From a virus (lineage: Duplodnaviria; Caudoviricetes), in the IMG/VR virus record IMGVR_UViG_3300016476_000297, positions 1 through 58,566 of that record: DNA of 58,566 nucleotides; one strand, given 5' to 3'. A program made the position numbers and the translations under genes. Positions 34,477 through 47,300 of this stretch are shown in pieces. The notes under the pieces were generated by a model that saw nothing but the letters and a program-made list of their open reading frames with translations, ran no database searches and was not told where the DNA came from. How positions within the stretch are numbered: position 1 is the stretch's first letter; every line of letters begins with the position of its first letter.

Positions 34477-35648
34477 TGGCTAATATACGAATCTCTGCAT
34501 TAGAGATAGAAGTAGATAAGTCTATTATTCAAAAGTATGATAGCTACATTAAGCAAGTAGATTCTGAATCTAGAAATGCCAGTGAGTTAGAAGACATATT
34601 TAAAGATTTGTACGGCGCTCAAAGAGTTGGAGGCAGCAGGCCTTTAGTACCTGACTTCTACGTGCCTCCAGACTCAATAATACAAGGACTAGCTCCTATA
34701 TTTAAACGAGAAAGATCTGGCGGCTTAAATATAGAAGCAAAGTTTACTCGACGAGATATAGAGTCTACTACAGAAACTACTATAGGTGGTCGTGCAGTAT
34801 CTAGCGTTGCTAAAGAGTTACGTAAGTCTCTAGGTGTCAAAGGTGACGCTGAAGACTTATACAATCTAATTAAAAACGAACTGGGAGTTAAGAGTGGTGC
34901 AGAGTTGTTTACTTTCCTAGAAAGAAATACTCCTAAGTTTCATAAAGAAGCATATAATAAAGCCAAGAACCTTACTATATTTGGTAAAAAAAGTTCTACT
35001 AGCGTTATAGCCTATCAAATATTCTTTCCTTACAGCAGTTTTAAATCAGATAAGTTTGGTGTTGCTTATGAAGCAGATAACGCTTCTAAAAGTTATACAT
35101 TCTCATACTTTCTAAGAAACTCTTTTGAAAACTCTCTTAAGAAAGCAGTTATTGATAACATAACAAAAGCTAATTTAGACCGCTTTAAAGACTACGAATA
35201 TGATAAATATAAGAAATCTACCAAGACAATTAAGTTTGGTAAATCCGCTTCAGAATCTGTAGATGTGTATTGGGCTCATAGCAATAGTATACCCGTAGCT
35301 AATATAACAACTAAAATAACAAAAGGTTTAGGCGCTCCTACTACACCTAGCATAATTGATCTTACTATGTTAGTTAGAGGTAGAGCCCGATTAAAAATGA
35401 GACGAGGTACCGGTACTCCTAACCCTCCTAAAATATATGAACGTTCTGGTACTTTTAGAGGAAGTATCCAAGCAATTGCTAATATGAGGAGTAATACTAT
35501 AGACTACTTCTACTTACCTTACTATGACAGTTTACAAAAGTATGGCTATGAAATAGAGGGGTTAGTCACGGAGTCGATCAGAGCCATAGCACAAGAAAGA
35601 CTTGGTAAACAGTTTATACTACGTAGAAATATGCAATCTATAAATTGA
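34476..35648 (+). CDS. neck/tail completion protein (putative)
   Basis: Position; C-terminal ERSG.F..S, Y.Y.PY, SIR.IA motif as in T5-like tail completion proteins. Confidence 0.5.
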   Translation: MANIRISALEIEVDKSIIQKYDSYIKQVDSESRNASELEDIFKDLYGAQRVGGSRPLVPDFYVPPDSIIQGLAPIFKRERSGGLNIEAKFTRRDIESTTETTIGGRAVSSVAKELRKSLGVKGDAEDLYNLIKNELGVKSGAELFTFLERNTPKFHKEAYNKAKNLTIFGKKSSTSVIAYQIFFPYSSFKSDKFGVAYEADNASKSYTFSYFLRNSFENSLKKAVIDNITKANLDRFKDYEYDKYKKSTKTIKFGKSASESVDVYWAHSNSIPVANITTKITKGLGAPTTPSIIDLTMLVRGRARLKMRRGTGTPNPPKIYERSGTFRGSIQAIANMRSNTIDYFYLPYYDSLQKYGYEIEGLVTESIRAIAQERLGKQFILRRNMQSIN

Positions 35649-35659
35649 AAAAATAATAT

Positions 35660-35688
35660 TTGCCATTTAAAAAAGTGCATGTTATACT
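35660..35688 (+). promoter_or_regulatory. sigma70-type promoter for tail genes
   Basis: TTGCCA-17-TATACT. Confidence 0.6.
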
Positions 35689-35706
35689 TAAGGAAGAAAT
35701 AAAGAG

Positions 35707-36156
35707 ATGTCTAATCGTAGACTTATAACAGACGAGATAGTTCGATGCTTAAGACAAATAAACGGTAGCTCGTCTCCTTACTCTCCATATTATGAGTTTA
35801 AATCTGATTTACACCAGAACGTGTATAAAGGATTTAGATTCATAGATGAAATAAACGACTTTCCTAGTGTTTATATAACTTCTGGCCTTGAACAACGAAT
35901 ATATAATACTAAAGAACTAACGGAGAGTATCGTTACTACTACAGTTAGGTGCTATGTTTACGGGCAAGACCCTCAACAACAGCTTAGCGACATAGTACAA
36001 GATATTGAGCACGTTGTTTATAACTTCAAGTTTGATACTAAAATACAAGTTCAAGATATTACAATTAAAGAAATCTTAACAGATTCAGGGCTATTAGAAC
36101 CATACGGAATGGCCGAAATATTTCTAAATACTCGTTTTGAAATATTTGACAATTAA
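35707..36156 (+). CDS. tail terminator protein (T5 p142-like)
   Basis: NVY.G..F.DEINDFPS, DIE.V, TD.GLL.PYG.AEI; directly before tail tube gene. Confidence 0.75.
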   Translation: MSNRRLITDEIVRCLRQINGSSSPYSPYYEFKSDLHQNVYKGFRFIDEINDFPSVYITSGLEQRIYNTKELTESIVTTTVRCYVYGQDPQQQLSDIVQDIEHVVYNFKFDTKIQVQDITIKEILTDSGLLEPYGMAEIFLNTRFEIFDN

Positions 36157-36171
36157 AGGAGACAGCTTAAA

Positions 36172-37446
36172 ATGGCTACAGCATTAAACCTTCAAAGAAA
36201 CTCTGAAGTTTATATGTCTACAGTTGACCTAGCTGCTGGTGGTTCCAGTGCTAGTATGACTCCACGCAACACCTGGAGAGTAGAGGTACTCGCCGGTTAT
36301 GCCGCAAGTCAATCTTCTGCAACACAAGACATTACTTCACTAGAATCCGGTCTAAACCCAGACCGTTCAACTCAAAGATTCAATACCGCTATTAACCCAG
36401 TGGAATGGAGCTTTCAAACATATCTAAGACCAACAGGAGTTAGAAATACAAGCGGCGGTACAGGAGTAGACCCAACTGGTAACTCTCAACCGCTAGCTGA
36501 CTGGTTCCTATGGCAAAGTCTATTATCTAATACTGCTTGGGCAACTGGTACCGGTGGCAGTTCTTCTCTACGTTCAGCATGGCAGGCAGATGGTAAGTTC
36601 CCATTAATAGAAAGAACTGCTGCTTCCAACGTTGCAGGACATACCTCAAACTATGCTAGCGCAAACGAATATCACCTATACATGAAAATGGATAACGTTG
36701 TTTATCAAGTTAAAAATGCTTCTGTAAACGAAGCCAGTATTGACGCTGCTATTGATGGTATTGCTACTACAAGCTGGAGCGGCTTCGGTACTAACTTCAT
36801 AGAACTTACTGGCACTTCTAGAAACCACTTTATATCTGTGAGTGGTGGTGTTCTAAACAGTGGTTCTACTATCAGCGGTAACTCTTCAGTAGATGCTAAC
36901 ACTGCTGCTTCTACATACCACGCTTGGGGTCGTTACAACGTAGCCGGCACAACAACTACTGCCGCCTTCATTAAGAACCGTCTAAGCTCCATAACTGTTG
37001 ACCACACACCATCAGGCTCGCCTGAAGACGTTTACAACCTAGCTGTAACTGGTCTTGGATTTACATATAGCAACGCGCTAACATTCCTAACACCAGAAGA
37101 ACTAGCATCTCTAAACACTCCTATCGGTCAGTTTACAGGGGCCAAAACAATAACCGGTAACTTCACTGCCTACCTACGTACTGGCGACGACGATACTGCT
37201 CAATTCCTACGTAACATAGTTAACGATACTCGTACACAAATTGCTCAAGTATCTAGCGCAAACCTAAGAATTGGTGGAACAACTGCCCCATTCGTAGCAA
37301 TTGATATGCCTGCTGTTCAGTTTAACTTCCCAACTCACTCAGTGGAAGATATCATTGGTATCAGTGTTGAATTCTTAGCACAAGAACCTACTGCTACAAA
37401 AGGTACTGGTTCTGAAATGACTATGGTAGTATCAAGCACTAGCTAA
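36172..37446 (+). CDS. major tail tube protein (T5 pb6-like)
   Basis: L.RN..VY.STV, NTW.VEVLAGY..SQ, RFNTA.NP.EWSFQTY.RP, IDGIA...WSG, PIG.FTG...I.G...AYL. Confidence 0.85.
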   Translation: MATALNLQRNSEVYMSTVDLAAGGSSASMTPRNTWRVEVLAGYAASQSSATQDITSLESGLNPDRSTQRFNTAINPVEWSFQTYLRPTGVRNTSGGTGVDPTGNSQPLADWFLWQSLLSNTAWATGTGGSSSLRSAWQADGKFPLIERTAASNVAGHTSNYASANEYHLYMKMDNVVYQVKNASVNEASIDAAIDGIATTSWSGFGTNFIELTGTSRNHFISVSGGVLNSGSTISGNSSVDANTAASTYHAWGRYNVAGTTTTAAFIKNRLSSITVDHTPSGSPEDVYNLAVTGLGFTYSNALTFLTPEELASLNTPIGQFTGAKTITGNFTAYLRTGDDDTAQFLRNIVNDTRTQIAQVSSANLRIGGTTAPFVAIDMPAVQFNFPTHSVEDIIGISVEFLAQEPTATKGTGSEMTMVVSSTS

Positions 37447-37457
37447 TACAAACAATA

Positions 37458-37571
37458 TACAGAGCGCTTGAGGGGGTGCTCTGTACAAACAATGCAGTTG
37501 GGTAGCTACCTCAACGAGTTATTAGAAATCCCCTCACTAATAACAAGTTGGATATGGTAGCTACCCTTTTT
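37458..37571 (+). other. two hairpins with complementary loops (kissing-loop RNA) ending in a U-tract
   Basis: TACAGAGCGC-TTGAGGGG-GTGCTCTGTA; GGGTAGCTACC..GTTATTAG-AAATCCCCTCA-CTAATAAC..GGTAGCTACCC-TTTTT. Confidence 0.6.
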
Positions 37572-37591
37572 AACAGAAATGAGAGGAACTA

Positions 37592-38023
37592 ATGAGTTTA
37601 ATTAAAAAATTAATGGTAACTGAAAAGGTAACCGAAGTAGAATTTCCAGATATAGACGGTTTCAAAGTACAGCTTTGCTATGTAGGCCGTGACCGTATGA
37701 TGAAAATCAGAAATCAAGCACTAGTATATAAGTTCAATAAGCGCACTCGTCAGCGCGAAGAAGAAGTAGACAACGATAAATTCCTAGAAGCTTATGCTGA
37801 TGCGGTAATTAAGGGGTGGAGCGGGCTAACAGTTCGTGGGCTAGCTACATTACTACCTATTGATACTGCAGGTGCCGACCCTAAAGAAGAAGTAGAGTAC
37901 AGTGCAGACGACGCCCTACTACTACTAAAAAATTCCACAATATTTGACCAGTTCGTCACAGATTCCCTAAATAACTTTGAAGTTTTTGAGAGAGAGTCAA
38001 AAGAACAAGCGGTAAAAAACTAA
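37592..38023 (+). CDS. tail assembly chaperone (gpG analogue)
   Basis: Position; FP...GF.V.L.Y..R, KGWSGL, A..L.KNS..FD.FV; ends in slippery AAAAAAC. Confidence 0.8.
   Translation: MSLIKKLMVTEKVTEVEFPDIDGFKVQLCYVGRDRMMKIRNQALVYKFNKRTRQREEEVDNDKFLEAYADAVIKGWSGLTVRGLATLLPIDTAGADPKEEVEYSADDALLLLKNSTIFDQFVTDSLNNFEVFERESKEQAVKN
38014..38020 (+). other. -1 programmed frameshift heptamer A AAA AAC
   Basis: X XXY YYZ right before the stop; -1 frame is open (LTDYLRSELGGGGITTEQYLL) into ORF 38083-38388. Confidence 0.8.
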
Positions 38024-38082
38024 CAGACTACCTCCGCTCTGAGTTAGGGGGCGGAGGTATAACCACCGAACAATACTTATTA

Positions 38083-38388
38083 ATGTGTGAGCAAATGGGT
38101 TGGGAGCCGGTAGAAGAAGAAATGCCAAAAGATCCCGGCTTCCTACCTTTAGACGTACAAAATGCATTAATAGTATTCAATGTCCTACCTGATAAAATAG
38201 AGGGTATGAGCGGTACGTGGTTAGGTAAAGACTTTTCTGCATTAGAAGCTATACTAAACATATACGATATAGATAATAGACGTGAAGTTCTAGACTATAT
38301 ACTAATAATACAAAGAGAGTATAGCGACTATTATTCAAAACAACAAAAAATGCGAGAAACGGCTAGTAAATCAAAAGGCAGACGGTAG
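38083..38388 (+). CDS. tail assembly chaperone C-terminal extension (gpT analogue)
   Basis: In frame with -1 shift of upstream gene; directly precedes tape measure. Confidence 0.75.
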   Translation: MCEQMGWEPVEEEMPKDPGFLPLDVQNALIVFNVLPDKIEGMSGTWLGKDFSALEAILNIYDIDNRREVLDYILIIQREYSDYYSKQQKMRETASKSKGRR

Positions 38389-41300
38389 TTGGCAACTATA
38401 AAGAATATAATACAAACAATATTTACATCTCAGGGGGCTGGTGGCACATCTAGAGATATTGAAACGCTCGGAAGAGCTCAAACCCGCCTAGGTCAGTCTT
38501 CTGCTAGTGCGGGTCGTTCTTTTGCTGCCCAGTCTCAGGGTCTTGGTGGTCTAGTAGCTGCATATGCCGGAGCAGCTGCTACTACATTTGCATTACAACA
38601 AGGTTTTGATAAACTAGCAAAAAGTGCTAGAGCTCTTCAAACAATTGAAGGCCTATCCGCATTAGCCGGCGGTATTGCACAAGATGGTAGTGCCATATTA
38701 AAGTCTGTCCAAGATATAACAAAAGGACAGATGACGTTAGTAGAGTCTGCGTCTCAAATAAACCTAGCGCTGAGTGCAGGATTTAACACTAAACAAATAG
38801 AAGGACTAGCTCAAGTTTCCTTAAAAGCCTCTAGAGCTTTGGGTAGGGACTTAACGGACGCCATGACTCGTGTTACTAGAGGTTCTGCAAAAATGGAAAC
38901 AGAACTTCTAGACGAATTAGGTATTTATACTAAAATAGAGCCTGCTACTAGGGCGTATGCGGCTGCTATAGGCAAAAGCGTAACTTCTCTTAGTGAATTT
39001 GAACGTAGACAAGCTTTTGCTAATGCGGTAATTGCTGAAGGCCAAAGAAAGTTCTCCAGCATCAATACGTCTGTAGCAACTAGCGCTGAAAAAATCGAAG
39101 CATTTGGGGCTAGAATTATAGACTTAGGTCTAAAATTAGGCGGTATTTTAGCTGATGTTGTAGCTCCTTTAGCAGATTTTATGACAAATAACTTAACTGC
39201 TAGTTTTTCTGGATTTGCTCTAGTAGTATCTCTAATTGCAAGTAAGGCTATACAAGTATTTTTAGGTGCTATAGATATGCTGAGGGATAGGGCATTAGCT
39301 AGTTCCAGGGCATTAGAAAATAAATCCAGAATATTACTAGGTATTGCAGACGCTGCTAAAACTGCTACTAGCGCCATAGCCGGACTTAACTTAGCTACTT
39401 TTAGAGGTACGCAAGCAGAAAAAAACCAAATTGCATCTCTACAGGATGCCGCTAAAGCTAGAGCCTTAACTAGAAGTGAGCTGGTACAGTCTCAAAAATT
39501 AATACAAAAAAATATTGCATCTCTTAGTGATGAGAGAGCGGCCTATAGACAGAGTATTAGGGAGGCGGCTGTAGCTAGAGGTAAGTTGGAGCAAGCCAGG
39601 GCAATGCCACGAGGCGCAAGACCAGGAGATTTTAGCGACCCTGCTGAACGCGCTAGGAATGCGGCTATACGAGCTGCCAATAGAGAAATTGCAGCTACTC
39701 GTCCTGCAGCTGTTGCAGCTGTGCAGGCGCTTCCGGCACTTAGGTCCCAGCTAAATCAGTTAGAAACTGCTTATGCGGCTACTGGGGCCGCTGCCACTGG
39801 TGCTAGAGCGCAGTTAGCTGCTTTTAGCGGGGCAGCAATTGCTTTTGGAGGTAAACTAGTAAGTAATTTTGCTGCCGGTACTGGGGCGGTTCTCGGTCTG
39901 GTCAGTAAGATATTTTTCTTTGTTAGTATAATACAACTAGCAGGCAGCGCTATATCCAGTTTTCTAGGTTATGGTGATGATTTTAATGCTTTCTTCATAG
40001 GAGTAGGCAAAAATATACAAGAGTACTTTGGGTTAGATAAAGCTAAGACTATAAAAAATACCGTAAACGGAATAGTAGCAGGTAGTCTTTCTAATATAGA
40101 AAAAACCAATAAAGAGTTAAGCCAATTAGAAACATTTAAATTTAAAGAGAAGAAAATACTTGGAATAGAGTTCTCTGTTGAAAAAACAAAAGAGGATTTA
40201 GTTAAAGAGGCTGGAAGCATATTAAGCACTGTTTCTAGTGGTGTATCCGACGGTGTACAAGACGGCCTAGTTCAGGGCGCACTAGCAGGTGCTGCATTAG
40301 GCGCTTTTGTCGGCCCTATTGGAGTTGCTGTAGGTGCTGCTGTGGGTGCTGGTCTAGGTTACTTTTTAGATTCTTCTTTTAATGAAATAGAAGATGCTAC
40401 TTCTAAGTATGGGGCCTCTATTAAAAAGAGACTAAAATCAGAACTATCTGGATTCAGTACTGAGGCGGCAGACAATGCTGTCCAGGCCCTAAGTGTGTTA
40501 GAGGAAAGAATGGGCAGACAAGCTATGTTTGACCCTCAAGCGCGCGCTGCTAAAGAAGTTTTAGAGTCTCTAATACTTCAATCAGCACAGTACTCAGATC
40601 AGTTTGCTACTATAAGTAAGATAGTTTCTGCCACAGGTAAGCAATCAGATGCTATAACTAATCAATTTGATTTTGCACCAGTAGTATCATCTCTTGATTA
40701 TATTGATAGCGCTATAATTAAAATAAACGAAACAGAGCTGAGATTGAGAATAGCAGATGAAGATTCTGCAGCTTTACAGGCATTTTTTGATAAATACTCA
40801 GATAATATAAACACCGTACTATTTCAATTATCAGACGCTAATCTAAAAGGTAAGCTAAGTGCTACTAATTTAGGACTTGATTTATCTGGTTTTGATTCAA
40901 AAGATGTAAACAACTTTGCACTAGCTTATCAGGAAGCTGCTAAGCAACAAGAGAATTTAACAGTAGCACAATTTGCTAGTACGGTAGCATCTTCAGAATC
41001 TACCGATTTAAATAGAGTCCTTGCTGCTTCTTTTTCTAATCTAGGAGATAGTGCTAATAGTGCTGAAGTAATATTAAAAAGCTATTCGGCGTCTACACTT
41101 CCTGATATACAATCTTCTATACTCAATACAATAAAGACCACAAATGAGTTAAATAACTCTCTGTTAAGAAGTGAAACTGTTCTTGCTGATACGTTTAGCG
41201 GTATTAATGATGGTAGCCTAGACGTAGAAAAATTTACTCAAAACTTTTCTAACGTACAAGATTCACTGGTATCTTCCATAAGATACGTACCTAAAGCTCA

Positions 41301-44300
41301 ACAAGAGCTAGATAAATTATCTGAGTCTCTTGCAGCACTTGATCCTACTTCTGAGGCTGCTATAGCTTTAAGTGGTTTGATTGAAGACGAGCAAAGAAGA
41401 ATTGATGTTGCAAAAGAAAATGTTGCCGCCCAAAAAGAACTTTTAGGAGTACTAAAAGAACAGGGAGACTTATTTAAACAACAAGCTCAAGCAGCAGACT
41501 TCTTTAAATCTTTTAAGATAGAAAAACCAAAAAACCCTCTTTCATTAGAGTTAGACCTGAGTCTAGCTGTAAAAGGCGATCTAACTCCGTTAGATGCGCT
41601 AACAAGTAAGCTTGCTTATTTACAGACATTCATAGTAGACCAAGGTGCTGATATAGCAAAACAGTATAATGCAAATAGAGAAGCTCTACAAGAGCTTGCA
41701 CTAACAGATGCTGAAAGACAGAGAATACTGTCAACTTCTAAGGAAGATGCATCTAGCCTAGTAGCGGAATTAAATAAATTAGAAGGAGTTACCGCTAGTG
41801 TGGCTAATGGGGCTCTAACTATAACTACTAGTGTTATAGGCATAGGACAAGCTGTAGATGGCGTAACTACTCAAGTAGTCAACTTACAAGAAGGTGCCGC
41901 TGGGTCTATTCAGCAACTAACTGAGAATGCAGTGCAAGCTCAGAAAGATGTAATAATGGCTGCAATAAACGAGCTACCTTCGTTTATAGATAAAGCAATA
42001 AATGACTATACCAAGCTAATAAAAGATGCTAATGCTGAAATTAAAAAGTTAGCTTCAGATGAGATATCTTTAAAAATCAAATTTGAAATGGATATGGCCT
42101 CTGTAGATGCAGAGATTGCAAAAATACAATCTGATGCTAGAGTACGCAAACTTCAGTTTGAGGCTGAGGTAATAGGCGCTAAAAAAGATCTAAAGCAAAT
42201 TGACCCTGTTGCTGCGACAAAGCAAATAGAAGCTATTCAGCAACAAATAATAACTGAACAACAGTATCAATTAAGTAGGCAGCTTATAGCAGACCAAGAT
42301 GCACTTACAGCTAAAGCTAGCCTAATAGAAGCTGAAAAAATAGCTGCCCAAGATATAATAAGACAGGAAACCGCTGCTCAAATACAAAAGTTAAATAACG
42401 ACAAAGCGTATGTTAATGGGTTAGCAACTCTATATACAGAGATTTTTGGTAAACAACAAGATTTAGATGTTAAGTCTGTATCTGATGTAATAAACGCAGG
42501 TAATGCAGTAGCTGATTCATGGGCTAAAACCTTTGAGAGCGGTGGTAAATCTGTAGCCACTGCAATAATTAGTGCTTTACAAGACCAAGCGTTAGTTACC
42601 CAGCCTGTTCAAGGCGGTACTGCTACCTACGCTGCTACACCTGTAGATACTACTATAAGCGAAGCTGTAGCTAATTTCAACACACAAGTTGGCCTAGCTG
42701 AAAACGCCATAATACAACTACAGGGAGAGAGAGTAGCTGCCGCTGAAGTAAGTGCTCAGAGAGAGTTAGAATTAATAGATAAAAATAGGCAGGCACTAAC
42801 TGAAAAGTATCAGGCAGAGTTTATTGCTCTGGAAGACTCTAGACAGCTTCAATCCTTGAATGCTGAAAAAGAACTAGCTGACGCAAAAAAATCCGGTGCT
42901 GATGCAGAAAAGAAAAGAGAAGAACAGCAAAAGAAACTACAAGAAGATTATAAGAGTGCCATAGAGAAAACTAAAGACGCTCTACTAGACTTAGTTAAAG
43001 AGGTAATGAGTGCTATAAGCAGTCTAGTACTTGCAAACTTACAGAGCAAAGTAGAAGCGGCTAAAGTAAATGAAATAATAGCAAACACAAATCTTACTGC
43101 TACTAGCGAAAAACTATCAGAAGCTCAAACAAAACAACAAGATCTGATGCAAAAAGAATTGTCTCTTAGAGACGAAGTAGAAGAGTCATATAAGAGTCTT
43201 GCAGAAGTTCAAAAGAGTTACATTGAGTCTCTAACTGGCGATGACCGTAGTATTAAACAAAGCGGCCAAGCATTAATTCAGAATATACTAGATCAAAAAC
43301 GTAAGCAAATTGATCTTAGCAAAACTATTAGCCAACGCCTAAGACAGGATACTTTTGTACAGTCTCTTGAAGATAGAAAACTTACTCAAGAACAGAGACT
43401 TCAAGATGCAACTAGAACCAGAGTTGCAGCAGAAGAAAGATTAGAAGAAGTGCAAAATATTTTAAGCACTATAACTGACTTACTAAGCGGTCAGATGTTT
43501 AAACTGTCTTCTAGTATGCAAGCACTATCACAATCTGTAGCCGCTGTTCAGGGTGTAGTAGGTGAGGGCATAAAACTTGGATTTTCTCAAGCAGATATGG
43601 CTTCAACTATAACTGGTTTTGGTAATAACGTAGTAAACAGCCTTCTATTTGGAAATTCAAACGGAGGCATACTAGGCAATGCCGTAAATGGTCTAGTAAA
43701 CGCTGGAAAAACACTTCTAAGCGCAGGATCAAACATATCCAAGGCAGTAGCCTCTACAGGATCATTAAAGAGTTTAGCTCCTACTACTAGTCTAAGACCT
43801 ATGCCTAATCCAATGAGGGCTGCTGGCGGTGCTGCAGGTGCAGGCGCTGGATTCTGGGGTACTGTAGGTGGAGCTATAGGCGGAGGTCTACAAGGTTTTG
43901 GAATTGGTAACTTAGTTGGTGCTCTTACAAAAGATCCTGGCATGGGCAGTAGTATAGGCGGAGCTATTGGCGGGGCGTTAGCTTCTGGACTATCTGTAGC
44001 TATACCAAGCTTATTTGCCAGTGGAACTTTCCTAGGAGGAATAGCTTCTGGAGTAGGTACTGCTCTAGGGGTGGGGTTAAACTTTGCCATTCCTGTAGTA
44101 GGTGCTTTAGTCGGTGCTCTTATAGGTAGATTGTTTAGTAAGACACCAAAAGCCGGTGCTACAGGGCAACTTACCTCTGAAGGTTATACTATGACTAGTT
44201 CCTACCAACAAAAAGTAGCAGGTGGAACTGCTAAAAACCTATCAGACATAGCTGGTTCAACTCTTGAGAGCGTAGTTGATAGCTTAAAAGCTGTAGGCAT

Positions 44301-47300
44301 ACAGTTTAAGGATGTGGTAAATACTAGTATAGGACTACGTGAAAAGTCTATAACAGGTGCTTCTCTTGAATTTGCTGGAGGTGCCCGTTTTGAAAAAGGC
44401 GGTAGTGGTACCAGTCAAGAAGACTTAAAAGGCGTAGCACAGTTCTATTTAGATAGCTTTGTTAAAGGTCTTAGAACTGGCAGCTTAGTAGTAGATAAAA
44501 CAGTAAAAGGCGCAGCAGACCTACAGTCAGCTATAGACAAGTTTGTAAAAGAAGATCAGAGCACTAAAACTATAGAACGTCTAAAGGAAGTTCTTGATTA
44601 TGCAGCAGGGTTTAGTGCTGTTTTAGACAAGCTAGGAGAAGCTGTTCCAGTAACTATGGGAGACGCCATAAATAAAATAGTAGAAGGCTCCCAAGCTGCT
44701 GCTAGTGCAGTTAGTTCTCAGTATACTGAGTTAAAAGCTCAGGCCGCAGATGTATTTGGTACTACTTCTGCTCAGTATGCTGCTCTAAATAAAAAGCTAA
44801 AAGAGAATGCTTTATCGCAGCTAGGTCTTGCAAAAGGCTCCGATGGTATAATAAGATCGGTAACTAAAGCTAATGAAGAATTAAATGCTGGCACTCTAGC
44901 TATAGCTAATATAATAGAAGGAATAACTGCTTTTGACTCTGCGCTGGTCGCAGCTGGTTTTGCCGCATCTGAGGCTGCTAACATAATTGATATAGCTTTA
45001 AATACTCAGCTAACGGATTTCATCGGTGCGATAGGAGAGGATTTAAAGAATAGCATAGACATCTTAAAGAACCCTGCAATACAATCTGCTATTGAGCTAC
45101 AAGCTATTATAGCTAACGCCCAAGATAGAAACAAGCAAGCTGAAGGAGTACTAGCTGGGTTAAAAAGATCAGAAGATAGAATCTCTCAGTCCACTATAGA
45201 AAAAGCTATAGACAATGTAGCTAAGTCTGTAGAGCTTGGAGCTCTTGAAGTTGAAAGATACTTAGAATCTCTTAACATCGAGCAGTTAAAAGCTGTAGTA
45301 GCTGATGAAGATAGAATAGATGCTGCAACTAGATTAGCAGCTTCCAGCAGACTTGTAGCTTTAGAAGATGAAGACAGAGCTACTGCTGCTAAGCAGTTCA
45401 TAAAGGTTAGTAGAGAGTTTAACAAAGGACTGGCTGAGATAACTAAGTCTTCCGCAGTTCCACAATTTGTAAAACAGGCTACTAGTGTTATAGAAGTAGC
45501 GCAGCTTCTAGGCAAAAACTCTATAGACCAGTTCTCTATTGATTTTGCAAATCTTGTAAACTCAATTGCTAGAGGCGAAAATATATCCTCTAATTTTGAA
45601 ACTGCTATTGCAGGTCTTAATGGGCAGCTTTCTGCAGGCACTATAACTTACACTCAATTAGTAGAAGCTTTAGATCTTCTACAAAGCACAGCACTAGATT
45701 CTATACAGGTACTAGCGGATCTGGTATCGTCTGTAGACGAAACCACAAGTCAAATATATGATCTTTATTCTACCAGTCTAGACAATCTAATAACTGCAAC
45801 AGATGAGGTTGGAAGTAGCTTCAGTGATCTTCTAGACGGTTTCAAAGAAAAGACTCAAAGCGTTCTTGGACTGTTTGATGACACTCTAAAGAGCGTTGCT
45901 GAGAGTGGTAATAAACTATATGACCTTAGAGATAATGCTAAAGAGGCTTTTGATGCTGCTACAAAAGCAGTAGCAGAATTTGAAAAGACTAATAAACTAA
46001 CTGGTAGAACAGTTAGCCAAGTAACTGCTGAACTAGCTAGTGTAAGCTCTCAAATAACATCTCTATCCTCAAAACCATTTGATTTTGCATCGTTCCTGAA
46101 TCTTGGTGCACTGTCTTCAAAACAAAGACTTCTTCAGTCTGAGCTTTCAAAACTTACTACTGTTCAAGAGGAGTATGGTAAGCTAATAGCAGATAGAACT
46201 GCTGCAGAGCAAGACTACTTATTTGCTAATAAGACAGTATCTGATTTAGAAGCATCTACTACTGCTAAGCTACTAGATACTCGCATCAAGGAATCTGAAA
46301 CTGTACAGGAAGTTAAAGATGCTGCTTTAGAGTTTGTAACAAGTCAAAAAGATTTACAGGATATAACTCAACTATTAACTGCAGCAAACTTCAATCTTAA
46401 CCAAGCAAGATTTGAAGAACGTGATAGAGTTGTACAAGTTTCTGAGGCGCTACGTGACCTAACTGCTATAGCCAGTAACTTAGTTGCAGAGGCTAACAGC
46501 ATAAACACTACAGACGTAAATAAGGTAAAAGAAGCAGCAAAGTTTGCTGCCGAAATAGAGTATGGTACGTCAGCAACTGCCCAAATTACAGCTGCTGTTA
46601 ATCAAGCAGTTGCAGAATTTAACTCACTAAAGGCAGTAGCAACTTCAGTAACTTCCGTAGTTAATAGCACTGTAGGAGTAGGTACTGCATTTTCTAATGC
46701 GGTAAAAACAACTTCAGACACTCTTAAGATTTACGACTCGCTACTGACAGATAGTTTTGAAGGGTATACTAAAACTATATCTGGATATGTTACTAATATA
46801 AATGCTATACTTAAGTCTTCATTTGATGGTACAGATACTACAAACTTTACAGGTTTTATAACAAATCTAAATAAGACTCAAGATGCGCTACAACTATTAA
46901 GTCCAACTCTAAATCAACTACTAGCAGATTCTAAGCTAGGCGTAATAGCGGGTGTAACTCAGTCTATAGGTGAAAGCGTAGGTACGTTCCAGAGCAACAT
47001 AATAACTGCGGTAAGCGGTCTACTAGATGCTTTCTCACCATCAAGAAAGAGTAAGGTAGATGACTTTAGAACTGCTCTAGAACAGTTTGACAGCGTAGGC
47101 GCAACTATAAATGCTACTGGAGGATTAAAAGACGCTTTAGCTACTGCTAGAACTAATGCAGGTAATCTATCTTCTAGCCTAACTACACTAGTAGCTAACT
47201 TCTTAAGCCTTAATACAGAAGTAGCAAAACTAAATGATGTTACTAACGCTACAACTAAAACAGTTACTCCAGGACAGCTAAGTCAGGCACGCGCGAAAAT

